From Marsupella aquatica (taxonomy: Eukaryota > Plantae > Marchantiophyta), in the NCBI GenBank assembly GCA_973895155.1, contig OZ316897.1, forward strand, positions 17,518,457-17,582,456: a stretch of 64,000 bases of DNA, read 5' to 3'. Under the pieces are notes generated by a model. It was not told the DNA's origin and did not search any database. It saw only the letters and a list, made by a program, of their open reading frames with translations. How positions within the stretch are numbered: the first letter of the stretch is position 1; each line of letters starts with the position of its first letter. Positions 49,995 through 63,319 of this stretch are shown one piece after another. The translations under genes and the position numbers were made by a program.

Positions 49995-52900
49995 GATTGT
50001 GTTACCGGCACTGCTATACCTTCAGCTCTCGTGTAATTGATTGTCTAAATTTTCATCAATGTTAGAGGTAGTCTAATTTGATGGGCCTTTGTATTATGCT
50101 GTATTAAACTCAGATATTAGATATATGACGGAATTAGCAAAAGCTAATCTAACTCATCGTTTTCCTTCAGACGTTAACAAGCAATCGTGTCAGTAACTTT
50201 GCCTTTGTTCAAAGCGGTCTTCGAGGTGGGGCTTGTCAAAATTGGAAGTCTTGATCAGCAATCAGCTGAGCTGTCTAGCAAATCCTGGCGTGGACGATCA
50301 GTTCTCCATTTTGCAAACGAGTCATGTTCGAGTCTCCTATATAAACTGTAATCGCAGTAGTCCACCAGGAATTTATATGATGATACAGAGTTTTAGGTGA
50401 GAAATATATTCGTCCATGACATTCCTTAGCAAATGATGTAACAATGTGAGGGCTGAAAGCTGTCACATTCCTGTCAAATGATGTAAGAATGTGGCAATAT
50501 TCTAATTTTTCAAAAATAGGGGCAAACTCGCGATATGGGCAGGGAGATGGGACAAATGAATGTGGCAATTTTGTAAATCTCAATACTAACTCCACTTTTG
50601 CGTTATTTTCCCAATTAATAAATTACTAACAGCGAAATAAAAATTAAGCTAGTTTTGGGTGTAGGTTAGAAATCAGAATTACATTAGAGCCTTGGTTCTT
50701 CAATTATGGTTAGTTGGTACCGTAATCTGCCCCCATTTCGGATATAGGTTGATGTACATTGTAGGATCATCTACAGTGAGATGGCATTGCATTGCCTGTA
50801 AACACCTGGCAGGGCCTCATTGGTTCCCCAACTTGCAAACTCAAACATGCCATACACTATCTGGCCACCCCTGACTACCCTTGCCAATTTTAGGCCTGTC
50901 TACTTCAATGCAGGGCATCATATTAAGGTAGAGTGGGGAATTGGAGGATTGATTTGAGAAAATGGAGGCTCATGAAGAGGTATGATTCTACTCATGAGAA
51001 GCCCAGTGTTCTGGTTTGAGTAGCAACTTTACTCACTAATTTTCTACAAAGGAGATGATGGACATGATTTAGCCTATGCCATTGTTGGTGAGCACCATAC
51101 TTAGGGATGACAATTAATTATGGTTGGGAAGGTGACTTGTAGCTCATCAATTAGTTTAGGTAGAATGTCATCATATGACAAGGGGTATTTACAAATGACA
51201 GGAAACACTAACATGAAATAGTTATTGGTAATAGGAATTTTTGGATTTTGTTTTGTTTGGGTTAGTCCCACTTATAATTAGCTCTTGCTAAGAGTCAAAA
51301 CTTCTCACAAAAGAACACTGTCAGGGATGTTTGGGCTAGCTGCTGTTCAAGTGAATCACCCAGTTGTGGTCCCTCCTTCCCTTCCACATAGCCCAGGTCA
51401 AAGCAACAAGTTTCAGTTGTTGAAAGTCATGCAATCTTGACTCCATGCCCTGTCATGTGGCTGTTCATGGTAAATTAATTGGAACCTTGTCCCAAGTACT
51501 GTGAAGACTCCATGGAGGAGAAGAAGCTAGGATACTGCCTGCATAGAAGAGAGCTTTGGAAAAGTAGCCTGGAGGGCTTAGCTTAGTGGTGGCATTCTCT
51601 CTGAGTACTAGCAAGCTAAGGGCCGCATGACAATTCACTTAGTTCAAAATTGGCACTGTCTGTAGCTTTCAAATGTTAAGCATGCATGGAGTGCATGACT
51701 GAAACAAGGAGTTGTCACAAGAACATGTAGGTAGCAGTATGTAACATTGTCACTAAGTAACTGCACAAAACCATGCAATTTAGCTAAAACCCAAGAACCA
51801 AGACAAGCATATTAATGTGATGCTTAAACTCTTGGCTAAACTCTAAAGCATTCTTCAAAATTTCAATCTGGTTTTTCTTCTGCCTACTTGTAACCAATGA
51901 AATTTTCTTCTCTGGGTAAGCTGAACACAATTGCATCTCACCCAACAATGAAAAATTCATCTTGCCCACTTCTCATTGCCGCTCAATCAATTCTTCCCCA
52001 CAGGTGTCCATAAAATCTCCAAAGCTTGTCATACCTACGATGTAGGCTCTATGATGAGCATTGGATGGCAATTCAGCCAAAAACACCAAATGTTGCATCC
52101 AAACCAATGACACAAAATTCCTCCCACCCACGTCTCATCACTACTCAATCAATTCGTCCCCACTGGCGTTCATCAAATCTGCATTGCTTCTCATGTAGCC
52201 TGCAACGTAGGTTCTACAATGTATTGGATGCCAGTTCAATGCTTAATCCAATCAATTGAATGTCAAACTAAGGCCAAAGGTACATGCCCCTTGCCCTCTA
52301 TTCAGTGAAGCACGGGGTGAAGCCAAGGGTGAAGCAAGGATCTTCCAACATTCTTACTCGCTTGTAGGGATACACAACTAGATGCAGTGGGAGATGCAGA
52401 ATCGCAATGCAAGCTCTAGCAATCTCCTGTTTGAGAGGTGATTATAGTTTGGTCCCCTCAATAAGTTTCCTAAGTTGTTGTCCCGGTTGTAGTTGGTTGC
52501 AATGTTGCCCAAATAGAATTAGTAAGACTAATCACGGTGAAGAGTGCCCGGGGTCCTCACTTCTTTTCTTCCAACCCATCATGCGCGAATAAGTATAGGG
52601 TTTTTTATTCAGTTTAGTGAAACACTTTTAAATTTTTGTTGAAGAATATATTATGGTTGTTTTAATCCAGTTTTGAGAATTATAAGAATCTGTAGGGTTT
52701 TGTAAAACCAAATATGGAATTAAATTAGGGCTAAAAATTCAAAAAACTTTATTGACTTAAGTTTTGGGGTGTTTCTTCACTCAAAACTTCACGTGTGAAT
52801 ATGGGACACCCCTTGGATTGAGGCCCCCAAGGAAGAGTGTAGTTGTTGGTGTTGGGAATACTCTAACTCAGTTCAGGAGACTAAGTTTAGTCTTAACCTA

Positions 52901-53294
52901 AGATCTATGATGGCATTTGGAGTTAGTTAAAGGGTAAGTATAGCAGAAATAATGCCATTTGTAAGCAAAAATCCCTGAAATTGGAGCTCTCTCTATTGTC
53001 CACCATCTTGTTTTAGGGCTTTATATGCAATCCTGTCCTTTAGCTAAGTAAGTCACCTCGACTAAAGTGTCAAATGTTAGAGAAATTGATCTAAAAAAGT
53101 GGTAAGAGCCACATAAGTGCCATCAGCCCTCAACCCCTCCACTGCTCTGGTAGTCAGTGCCTGAATTGCATTCCAGGCACCTACAAATACTAGGAGGCCT
53201 CACTCCAATGGAAGTCCCATATCATGCTCGGACTTTTCAAGTAATAATACCCTAAACTTAAGAAAACAAAGTAAAATGTCACATGCAATGTAGA

Positions 53295-53538
53295 ATGATT
53301 TGTTGTAAAACTTTTTCTTTCTTTAAATTTGGTCATTTTTTTTAATAAAACAACCCTAAAAAATTTTAAGAAATTATTTTTTATAATTAAATAGGCCTAT
53401 GTGTTCTTTAAAGCAAACCAGTCAATAAACCATGCGCTATGTGTTATTTCACAAAACTCTGGAAGTCTTCAGTCACACCCATTTAAATGGGCCTATATTG
53501 CACGTGATGTGCCACTTCCGTGAAATTGAACCCCCGAG
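53295..53538. mobile_element. Truncated MITE copy (family of 29270-29618), opposite orientation
   Basis: Reverse-complement match to about 29290-29535, ending in CCCCCGAG. Confidence 0.8.
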
Positions 53539-55070
53539 TATTAAAGTCTTCCGCTCAATTGAATTGAAAAATTATAACTTCTTCATGTGCAGTGGGTAGA
53601 AAGAATATAAGTGAGAACTGTGGGACCTGATTTATTTCCATGGCCCCCCTTGAGCCTGCCCTTGAAAACCTTTCACTGGAAGCTGCACAATTCACTGGCT
53701 CAGTCCACCAATGGGACTTTTGGTGACTCAATGGTAAACCAAACACTTCCGACCAGTTTTCTGGGGTGGTCCACTAGTGTGGGGGAACTCTAAACTGAAC
53801 TCTCAGAGAATTCTAGAGACTCTAGGTCCACAATTGTCCACAAGAACCATCCATCCCAAAGCAAAAGACTTTTAATCACAACTCCAATCTCGCACACAAA
53901 ATTATCTACAATCTTGAAAATAACATTCTTTTTGTCTAGACACAACTCTGCACAGAAAATAGGTGTAGTGTCTCCTAAACAGTCTCAACTGCAATACAGG
54001 AGTTTCAGATCACCAAACAACCTCAGTGATGCATAGGTGGAGCCAGTCACAAGATGATTTTTGTTACTATGAAAGTTCCAATCCAAACATACATTCTCCA
54101 TTTCTGTTAGTCTGAATGTTCCAATCCAAAGATTCCTCAAGATAAACTTATAGCTTGCGGATGAGATATACTACAATAAGCTCATATGTAGAGTAAGCTG
54201 ATATTCTACTATTCATGATTCAATCATTGCTTATTTTACATATTAAATTTGATTCTGAGAAAATTTCACCCAAATATTGCGGATAGCTGATAATTTGTCA
54301 ACAGAGGCTGCCAATTGTGTTTGATTGCAATCTTAAAATCAGACAAGAAATTGCTTGGATCATGAGTTTTGTTGATTTGATTCTGAGACAATATATTTCA
54401 CTGGAAGATTGCCATGTAGCCGAGAATTTGTCAACAGATATTTGTCACCAGAATTTGTCAACAGAGCTAGAGATCCCAACCTCAACATAAGCTCAAGGCG
54501 ACATACTACAATTTTAGAGCAAAACCTTCAGAGACTATTGAACATGCATTGTGATTTTTTTCGGGACTGAATGAAACTAGTAGGACCAGAGTGTGTATTG
54601 ATTGAGAGGTTAATTTATTAGGTGTAAATCTCCGCGAGAGGACATAATGCCATTGATATGATCAACATCATTCAAACATTCTTAATAGCCACAAAGGAGG
54701 TCGATCTTACTCCTAACATAATAATTAGTAGAGCATGACTGGTTGGCCTGATAGTAACTAATTAATAGAGCATGAATGATTAATAATTATATGACGAATA
54801 ATAATTGAAATTTAGTGAAGAGAAATTTATCTCTACTAAAAATAGCATCTAGAAATATCTTCACTAAAAATAGCCATGCCATGCTTTCATCCTCTATTGC
54901 TTTTGAAAAACTGCAATTGCCCAATTGGTTGTATATACTCCCTCTGCTCCCTCTCCTCATGCTTCCTCTGATACTTCTTCCCGTACTTCCTACCCTGTTG
55001 GTGGGTCTAGAGATCTTCTTACAACTCAGTGGATTCATATGAAAACAATTGTGGTGGTGTCCATTTCTCC

Positions 55071-55323
55071 CTCGGGGGGGGGGGGGGGGGTGGGGGGGGT
55101 CACTATATGAAGGGTCATACATCACGTGCGACGGTTTGGGTCATTTATGACCCCCTAAGTCACTTTCTAAAAAGTTGTACGGTACCAATCATGTGATGAC
55201 ACGTATATATTTTGCAATTAAACAACCCTATATTTCCATAGAAGACTTACGCCAAAACCATTTAAATGGCCCTATATTTCGTCGCACATGATATGCCACT
55301 TCCATGGAAGTGACCCCCCCGAG
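55071..55323. mobile_element. MITE copy (same family) with 8-bp TSD
   Basis: CTCGGGGG...GGTCACT and AGTGACCCCCCGAG termini; ATTTCTCC at 55063-55070 and 55324-55331. Confidence 0.85.
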
Positions 55324-56185
55324 ATTTCTCCTCTGGGATTGATGAGAAGTACAGGTTTAGCGTTCAGCAATTTATCACAGAAGATCTCATTATTTGAGTG
55401 TCCAGATTCAACTTACTTCAGACAAAAGAATATTGCTGATTGTATTAACCTATACTTATAGAAGATGATGTAAATAAAGAAAACTGGTGAGTTTGAAGAA
55501 TTTTGGAACATATGTTTTCTGGTGTACCATGTTTTTGGATCTCAGTGTCTGGATGGCCCAAACATGGCCTGGGAGAAAAATATTTTCATCAAATTTTATA
55601 GATTCAGGAAAGAATGCAAAAAATCCATTTTGGACATTAAGTCAACATTTATGTAGCATAAAGTACATGTAGAGATCACCTGGGTCCTTTGCTTTGCTAA
55701 TCTTGGCACATTGCTTCCCTTCCCCACTAGTTGTAACAGTATGCACGGTATAGTCCAGATTGTGCAGATAATGACTGTGTATTGTGTATATTTTGTGGTT
55801 GATTCCACAATGACTATTACAAACAGTTCATAATGTGTGTGAACAGAACAAAGACATTCAGACAATGGTTTACCCAGCGACGCTCTGTGTGGTGGCCACT
55901 GACCGCGGGTGGCTGTTTCATTTTTGGCAGTATCAGGGCACGGCCCACCTCTATGTCTGTGGCTAGAGCCCTTGTTTTCTAGTCTTCAGATTCATTTTGG
56001 ACCTGTTCCCAAGTTCCATGCTCTAGGTGGGAAGGGGTTTGTATACCCTAATGCCTTGGTAAAACTGTGTCCCCAGAGTGTGTCATCATATACAACATTC
56101 TGAAATATCTTTGGCCTATGGATGTGTAACCTGACCACGTTCTCTCCAAGTGACACATTGTGGTTATTGGGTTCTTGCATTCTGC

Positions 56186-56189
<4 letters not shown>

Positions 56190-56250
<61 letters not shown>
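56190..56250. repeat. (GA)n microsatellite
   Basis: Pure GA run of about 30 units. Confidence 0.95.
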
Positions 56251-56252
<2 letters not shown>

Positions 56253-58035
56253 AATCTTCCAAATTGGATCAGAATATAAAACTTGGTAGCTTGAAGAGAC
56301 TAATTAAGGCAGAGCTCGGCCAAGCAGGTAACACATGTCCACCCATTCTCCATTTGTATACCCTGAAAATGGGATGACCTTAGTTTAATTAAGTCCAATT
56401 GACGGACGAGACAGTCTCAGCTCAAATCTTAGTGCATTTTGAGGGTAACCCTCTAGATTAGGGTTAACTTACAGAGGCCATCAACCCGGCCATCAATTAA
56501 CTTCACCTGAGGAAATTAGTATGTAAGCTACGGTAAATTTTGATCACTATCCTGAATCCATTGTAAAATCTACCCAAAGGTACTTCTAAGCTTCAATCAT
56601 TCTCTTTCCTGCTCCAATTGCGTACCTGCAAGCTAATGGAAATTAGTAGTCATGATGTGGGAGAGGAAATTAGATTACAATCCAAAAGATAGTAGTAACA
56701 AGTCTACATGGTTGTGATGGATAAATTTAAAGCAGTATTTGGGAGCCTGGAGTAGAAATCAAAGCTGTTGTTCAGAGGAGAAAGGGAACCCACGTACCAT
56801 CCTTTCTGTTTGTTGGTTCCAATCAAGATATTTCATTCCTTTAGATGCCGGGTTTAAGATCAGTGAGATCCACTGCATATATCTAGCTCCTCTATTTTGA
56901 TCTCATGTCAAACCCAAGCCAGAGAAGCTTTAGTCTCAGATACTTCAAAAACAAGGATCAAAATCATCCGTCCATATCCACTTTAGTTTGAAGGTCTACA
57001 TGGATCTGATGACCAATTATGACTTTCTGGAATTAAATGAACCTAAGATTAAACAGACAAATACGATGAATATAATGTCCTGATATATGTAGGCTAATGT
57101 AAAATATAATAAAATTATTCAAATTCATCCTACTATTGATTGCATATATTGATCACAAATAACTCAATCACCATATTTGATGATGAGGCAAATTTGAACC
57201 CTATGAAATTATAAATCACTACTAGACTCCTTTCGTGTGTATAGAGTAGATGATGATGGAGGATTTTAATTCTATTTTTGATATCATTTTATGCTGAAAT
57301 ATTTTACAATACAATAGAAGACATCGATCTTAGTTAATATTGTACATAACATTTTGCTCAATCATATCTCATACAATTTGGGTTATAATTCAATGCACCT
57401 TGGGTTGGTAAACACAAATCAAGAAAAATGATGTTTTCTCCATCTTCGGTTAATTTCCCCCAAAATCACATTTGACACGCGGTGTTTAAAAGTGCATTAC
57501 GCAGCACATTTTGTTTCTGTGTCAACTTGTGAAAATTTAGAAATGCAAAATTAAATTTTGATATGTCAATCAAGCAAAATTAACCTGTTTTGAAAACTGA
57601 TCTAAGCCATGGTCAATGACCCTAGCAAGATGCCTCAATAGACACAAGAAAACCATGTTTTTACTCAAAAAGTGTTTTTCCTTCTAAGAAGATTGACAAT
57701 TTAGGTAAAATTTCTAATTTCTATCCTTGGTACATTTTTTTTTGAAAGATATTTTTTCTTGAATTTCCCTTCTGTGATGTACTGGATGCATTCCTAGAAC
57801 CTTAACCTCGAGTAATTAGTAATTCAACTTTATTTTGCTCTTAAGAAAGCTAAACCGGCAAAATGATTACATTATTATTGTTGTTACTTGGTAATATTTT
57901 TTGCTTAAACATTAACAAATTAGGAGGTTGCTTCATCAACACTGTTGATGCGTAGGGTTTGGTAGAACTAATGATTGGTTCTAGTTAGGGTTCATCTCCA
58001 CTAGCTCTTCATTCATATTGATGTTGGTGAGCCGG

Positions 58036-58165
58036 CAGTCACAGCTCTCAAACCACGAAAAGCAATGCTTATAAAGATCTTGGAGGGGCTGGAGGGACAG
58101 CAGTCGTAGCTCTCAAACCACGAAGAACAGTGCTTATAAGGATCTTTGAGCGGCTAGAGGGATAG
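58036..58165. repeat. Tandem duplication, 2 x about 65 bp
   Basis: CAGTC..AGCTCTCAAACCACGAA...TGCTTATAA.GATCTTTG...GGCT.GAGGGA.AG occurs twice. Confidence 0.85.
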
Positions 58166-59579
58166 ACTGACCAACCTGATCACAGACGTTTCTCCTGGCA
58201 GATTTCTGGTTAAGTACGTAGAGTGTTGCGATTGTGTATCCTTGTAGAAAACGACGTTATTGAGCCGGTACTTTGAGTAGATCGACCATTTTTATCACTT
58301 CAACACCTGTATCTCGTTTGTATTCTGCTCCACACTAGTTTCCGCAACCGCAGCGAGATCGATTCTTCGTCATCGGGAGCTGAAGAAAAGCAGTTGTTGA
58401 AACCTTAGGTAAGCATATTACTCCTACTATACAAGCGTTTCATTGGATGGAGAACAACTGTGATCCATATATGGTAATCGAACTTACTATCTAACTTTGC
58501 AAGAGTACCTTCTTGAATCGAAGCCCCGCACCGGAAGCAATTGTCTAGGTATTTTGTGGGGTAGAGTAGTCATTACACCCAAGTTAAGTGCTGCGCTCCA
58601 TGTACTGCGAGCTTACATATTGTTGCAAGACTTTCATCACTTTACTATCATTCAACATAGTATTAGTTCGAGTTAAAATCGTTGTTAGGGTTCATCCGTT
58701 GCTGGGCAGTCTCTAAAAGTACACTCACTGATGGTTGCAACACATGCCTCTACTTCCCGCGTAATTAAGTCAAACTGATAACGGCTTTTTAAGTCAAATC
58801 CTTAGGCTGTCGCTGTCAAGTTAAGGCTTGTGTATGGTTATGTTTCATTGATTTGCTTCCAATCAATAACGATTGAAATTGAGACTGTTTTTGGGGCCAT
58901 TCTTGAATATTATTGTCCGGATCCAAGTTCCCCAAGCATCTAGTTGTGACATATAGTTCGAGCAGTGCCAAAAGTACTTATGGTTGATATGTATGTCTTT
59001 TTCCTGTGCGCCAGAGTCAGGTACCAAAAATATTGTAGGTTTGGAAGAATATCCGCCTCACTGGGCGAAAGGGGAGACTTGATTGGACTTTCTGGTGTTT
59101 AGAAAGGATTCCGCAACTACTATCAGGAAACAAGGTGGGCAATTTGATCAATCACAAGTCTGTTACGTTCAATGTGCATGTTTATTTTCAACCTACTTAG
59201 CGATTGTGAGGAAGTAGCTAAGTTTCGAGAATGGGCTTCCGAGCGTACTTAACCTCTTCAATTGAGGGCGTTCTACAACGCCACGAAGTCAATAAACATA
59301 ATTCTTTGGCCATGTTTGGAAGAATTTTGACATTGAGCTGCTATGGCTTCCTGGGCTTAGCTCCATCTCCATACAGGGATAGTAATGAGTTGTCCCTAGT
59401 TTTGACTTATATCCTAACAAACAATGAGATAGGGTTTTGCTCTGCATAAAATTTTGGGTTTTAGGTCATTGCCTTTTTATACTCGGTCTATCTTCCTCAT
59501 GTACGTAAGCCCGTAAGTTGGTTACAATAGTCAGGTATTTCATTACTTCTTCCCCGGTAGAACAATGTACCTCTGGCAA

Positions 59580-59752
59580 GTGCAAATTAAGTAGTGGGGT
59601 TCAGCTTTACAATCTTTTAATAGTAGCACAGAGACGTGCAAATTAAGTAGTGGGGTTCAGCTTTACAATCGATCTTTTAATAGTAGCACAGAGACGTGCA
59701 AATTAAGTAGTGGGGTTCAGCTTTACAATCGATCTTTTAATAGTAGCACAGA
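59580..59752. repeat. Tandem repeat, 3 x 56-60 bp
   Basis: GTGCAAATTAAGTAGTGGGGTTCAGCTTTACAATC(GATC)TTTTAATAGTAGCACAGAGAC; head to tail with no spacers. Confidence 0.95.
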
Positions 59753-60081
59753 CGGGATTTCAAGAGACAACCTTAACTTACACATTCCGAGCCCAGTAGG
59801 CAAGCCTGGACACATCGCAACAGATTGCATGATCGATCGATTCCAAACGATCTGTTCACTAGACTTATCCTCTTTAGTTTGCTAAGGGCTTAAGCAGACA
59901 TAGATAACTGGTTGTATGCAGGAGGTATGCTTTAAGACTTCAATTCGAGCTGCAAACTATATAGTATATGTACCTCTTTGCTGACAAAAACAATTGTTAC
60001 TGTTGTCAATGTCAATTAAGTCCATTCACTAACTTTTGGTTAATTGCTTCTTGAATTCATAAGATAAGGGCTCCATATCCA

Positions 60082-60864
60082 ATGGCAGAGAAGGAGCAGA
60101 CGAGAGTTCGTGTTATGACGGTCGAGCAAACCACTGGCTGCAGCTTTCTAAACTTTCTCGATCACCTAGTTAAACTGGAAGATTTGGGACGTGATGAACC
60201 GCAGGACTTATTAGGTTCAATGAGATGCCCAGAAACCCAAGACACAAGTCAAAAGGAAATGAGAGGTGATAATGATCCGACAGATCCTACTAGCAGGGAA
60301 CCCGGCCCCATCATTTGCGAATGGCCTAGACCTTACTTGGAAGAAGTGTTGGCTCGCTTGAGGGGAAATGGAAGCACGGACTTGAATCCTCAGCAGCAAA
60401 AGTCATCTCCTCCCCGGGCTCTTTCCCTTCCTCCGCAATCTCAGCCCAGAGCAAATTTCGAGAGACGGAAAAACTCCAGCAGAAACTCTGGTGACATCTA
60501 CGTCTACACTATTGGACGTAACCTAGTTGAACGTGACAGTACGAGTGACGGTAGGGAAGACTCCAGGGCAGAAGACTCGAGTGAGGAAGGTGGGGAGCAC
60601 TCCAAGGCGGAAGACTCCAGTGAGGAAGGAGATGATTGCCGAGATGAAGATTATAACCCAACGGATGGTTGCAAATATCAGGTCCCCTTTATTCCACAGG
60701 TTGAACCTGCATGTCGAAGGTCATTAAGAAAGAGGATGATTGAAGCCGTGTACTCTCCAGCATCACCAGAACCACTTCCCGAACCACTTCTGGACTCTTC
60801 AAAGAGAACAAGATCAAATGCGTTGGTTTTTAAGAGATCAAGGTTTGGGCCGAGAGAAGAATGA
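60082..60864 (+). pseudogene. 260-codon acidic/disordered ORF of unknown origin, probably part of a decayed gene or TE accessory ORF
   Basis: ATG-initiated; internal repeat AEDSSEEG twice; the frame stays coding-like past the TGA (SVVPIDEEQTAAQIPVAISQGSLTEPEREPEIK); no recognised domain. Confidence 0.4.
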
Positions 60865-62497
60865 TCAGTGGTGCCTATTGATGAGGAACAGACGGCAGCA
60901 CAGATACCTGTAGCTATTTCTCAAGGAAGTCTTACGGAGCCGGAACGGGAGCCGGAGATCAAGAGCCAGCTGCGGCAGGTTCCTCATCGATAATTTCGAG
61001 TCGATCAAGTTCTTAGTCTCAATCAAAATGAAGAGGTACGTTGGGGCTAAAGAGGACTAGCTACTGCGCAACTCTGAGGAGGGAACTTTGTTCGGTCCTG
61101 TAGAGTAGTTAGAGGAATTGCAGAGAAGATGTCAAGGGGAGATGGAGAAGAGGTTTCGCAACTAACTCTTGACACATAGCACTAGTGTCATATATATATA
61201 GTCAATAACACACTAAGAGTTAGAGTTTGCCTTTCGTGAAAAAATGGATAGAGATCGCTTATATGTGGAATATTCGATCAGAAACGGCGCCCATTGGGTG
61301 ACAAAGGTCCTGTGATTTTTACTAGATTTTTTTTCAGATTGTAGTGTTTTCCATCTCCATTTTATTTGTACACCAAGAAAATTTACTTCTTCTTGGGATA
61401 TGGGGTATGCTGGTGAGAACAGCATGCATATAAAAAAACAACAGATCGAATGTCCATTTCAGAATCTGATTGTAATTTTGATATGTCTGAGCGTGGGCTT
61501 AGCGTACCGGCAAATTGTTTTTGGAAACCAAAATTATTCTTCAAGACTGCCAGCGATGACCAGAATTCAGATGGTCAAACTGTACGCCTCATAAATTGAG
61601 TATTTTGTGAGCCCTATTTCCCCTCATTAATTCTTTTGAGTAAGATCGATCTGATTGGTTTTGAGTGGCAAGGTTAGTCTTGTGTTTCTTTGGTTCGAGT
61701 GAAACGAGTACTAGGATCGACCTATCTTACGAGGTTGACCAGATCCTATCATATATACCGGGACGTCCGTTATGATGAACCTCAATACATTCTTAAAAGT
61801 CACAAAGGCTGCCCCGTCCATCAACTCTTAAAGCTACGTGCCTACTTTCAGAAAGCTTCGTTCCTTCTTCGAGATCGATCATGTAACTATGTGGAACTTG
61901 GTTTGGTTTGAAACATGACGGTGCCCGAGAGTCCTCTTACAGTTGTACCAGTTACCTGCCTGATCCTTGGGAGATCCAGGTCTGACCGTAATTTCACTAA
62001 AATATGAATGACAAGTTTACTAGGGACAGTGACTGGGGATTACCTAAGAATAAGCTGGCACGGGTATTGATCCGAACTTAATTATAAGGCCTCTCTGAAG
62101 CCAGGCAGGGCAATAAGAGAAATTATTGTGCGAATGATTGTACACGGACATGCTGGGGTTAAAGGCTCTCACATTAATTGGTATCGATACGAACACGTAC
62201 TGAAGGTCCCAAGCAGTATGCATGTAGCTTAAACTACAGACAATAAAAGATCATTAGAGCTTGTTTGGAGGCCTCAGGAGAATTGGGACCAGCTTAAAGC
62301 CATAAGCTATATTGAGTCTTCAAGTGATGACCAGAAGTGAGGTGGTCTAATGCCAGTGCCTACGTTTATTAAATGTCTTACTTCCGGGCAATTAATGATT
62401 GTCTATTTTGAGGGTAATCTTCCAAAATCACGAGTTTGAAATTGGCAAATAGTCTCCTTTGGATTCTGTGCATACACAGACCAAAGGAGTTGGGAAG

Positions 62498-62525
62498 GTA
62501 GTAGTAGTAGTAGTAGTAGTAGTAG
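62498..62525. repeat. (GTA)n microsatellite
   Basis: About 9 units. Confidence 0.9.
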
Positions 62526-62649
62526 GAATCTGAATGCATGGCTCTCACAGGAAGCACATAGCTCGCATGTGATAGAAGGATTCACAAGATGAACAAACTC
62601 CAAAGGATCAAGTTGCTGCAGCCTCTCTGGAACCTCACTTCAATCCCTG

Positions 62650-63319
62650 AAAAGGCCGAGCGGGAGTGCCGGGGCGCCTACCCCTCTCGCCTGGGGTGAC
62701 AGAGGCATTAATAAGGGCCCTGCTCCCTCATGGTGGGGAGGTTGTCGGCCTTGGCTGACCCTTCGCCTTCCTGGGAGGAGTGGCCGTGCAGGCGGCCGGC
62801 CCTCATCCCCTTGTCTTTATTTTCTCAGTGGGCGTTCTGGCTGAAGTACTGTGGGCAGTGCCTGGCCAACTGGCTTGGGAGGTGGTTGATGTTAGAGCCC
62901 TCTGGTTGGTCCGTTCTCCGGGGTGTGCAGTGCCAGTTGGGTGTGCCAGGGGCTCGCACTAGCTGCCCAAGGCTACGCTGTACTTGGTGGTCATCCTCGG
63001 GGGGAGGGGGGGGGGGGGTTTGGTGCTGCAACCCTGCGGACTCCTCCTTCTATCCGTCGTTGGTGGGGGTCGCCCTCAGGCCCCGGCCAGGGTCCTTGGT
63101 GGGACTGCGTGCCTGGGAGTTGGCGGTATGCTTGGGCTTTGGGTAACCTGTCATTTTTGTGGGGCCTCCTGCCCGGCTTTTGCCGGCCCAGTTCCAGGGT
63201 GGTTTTTATTGGCGGTCTTCGTCGGCCTGCTGCACTGGGAGTGCTTCGCAGGTCTGGTGTTTCATCCGATTACAGGTTCTTCACATTTGGCATTCTTCTT
63301 TCTTTGTGCTTTTTTTGTT
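62650..63319 (+). mobile_element. GC-rich segment, possible LINE 3' end interrupted by the copia LTR
   Basis: Abrupt GC-rich block with a G tract and a T-rich distal end, similar in style to 39065-39510; no TSD or tail visible. Confidence 0.3.

Noticed and set aside
59580-59752. CRISPR-like repeated units
   Set aside because: Head-to-tail tandem copies with no unique spacers, no cas genes, and a eukaryotic context.
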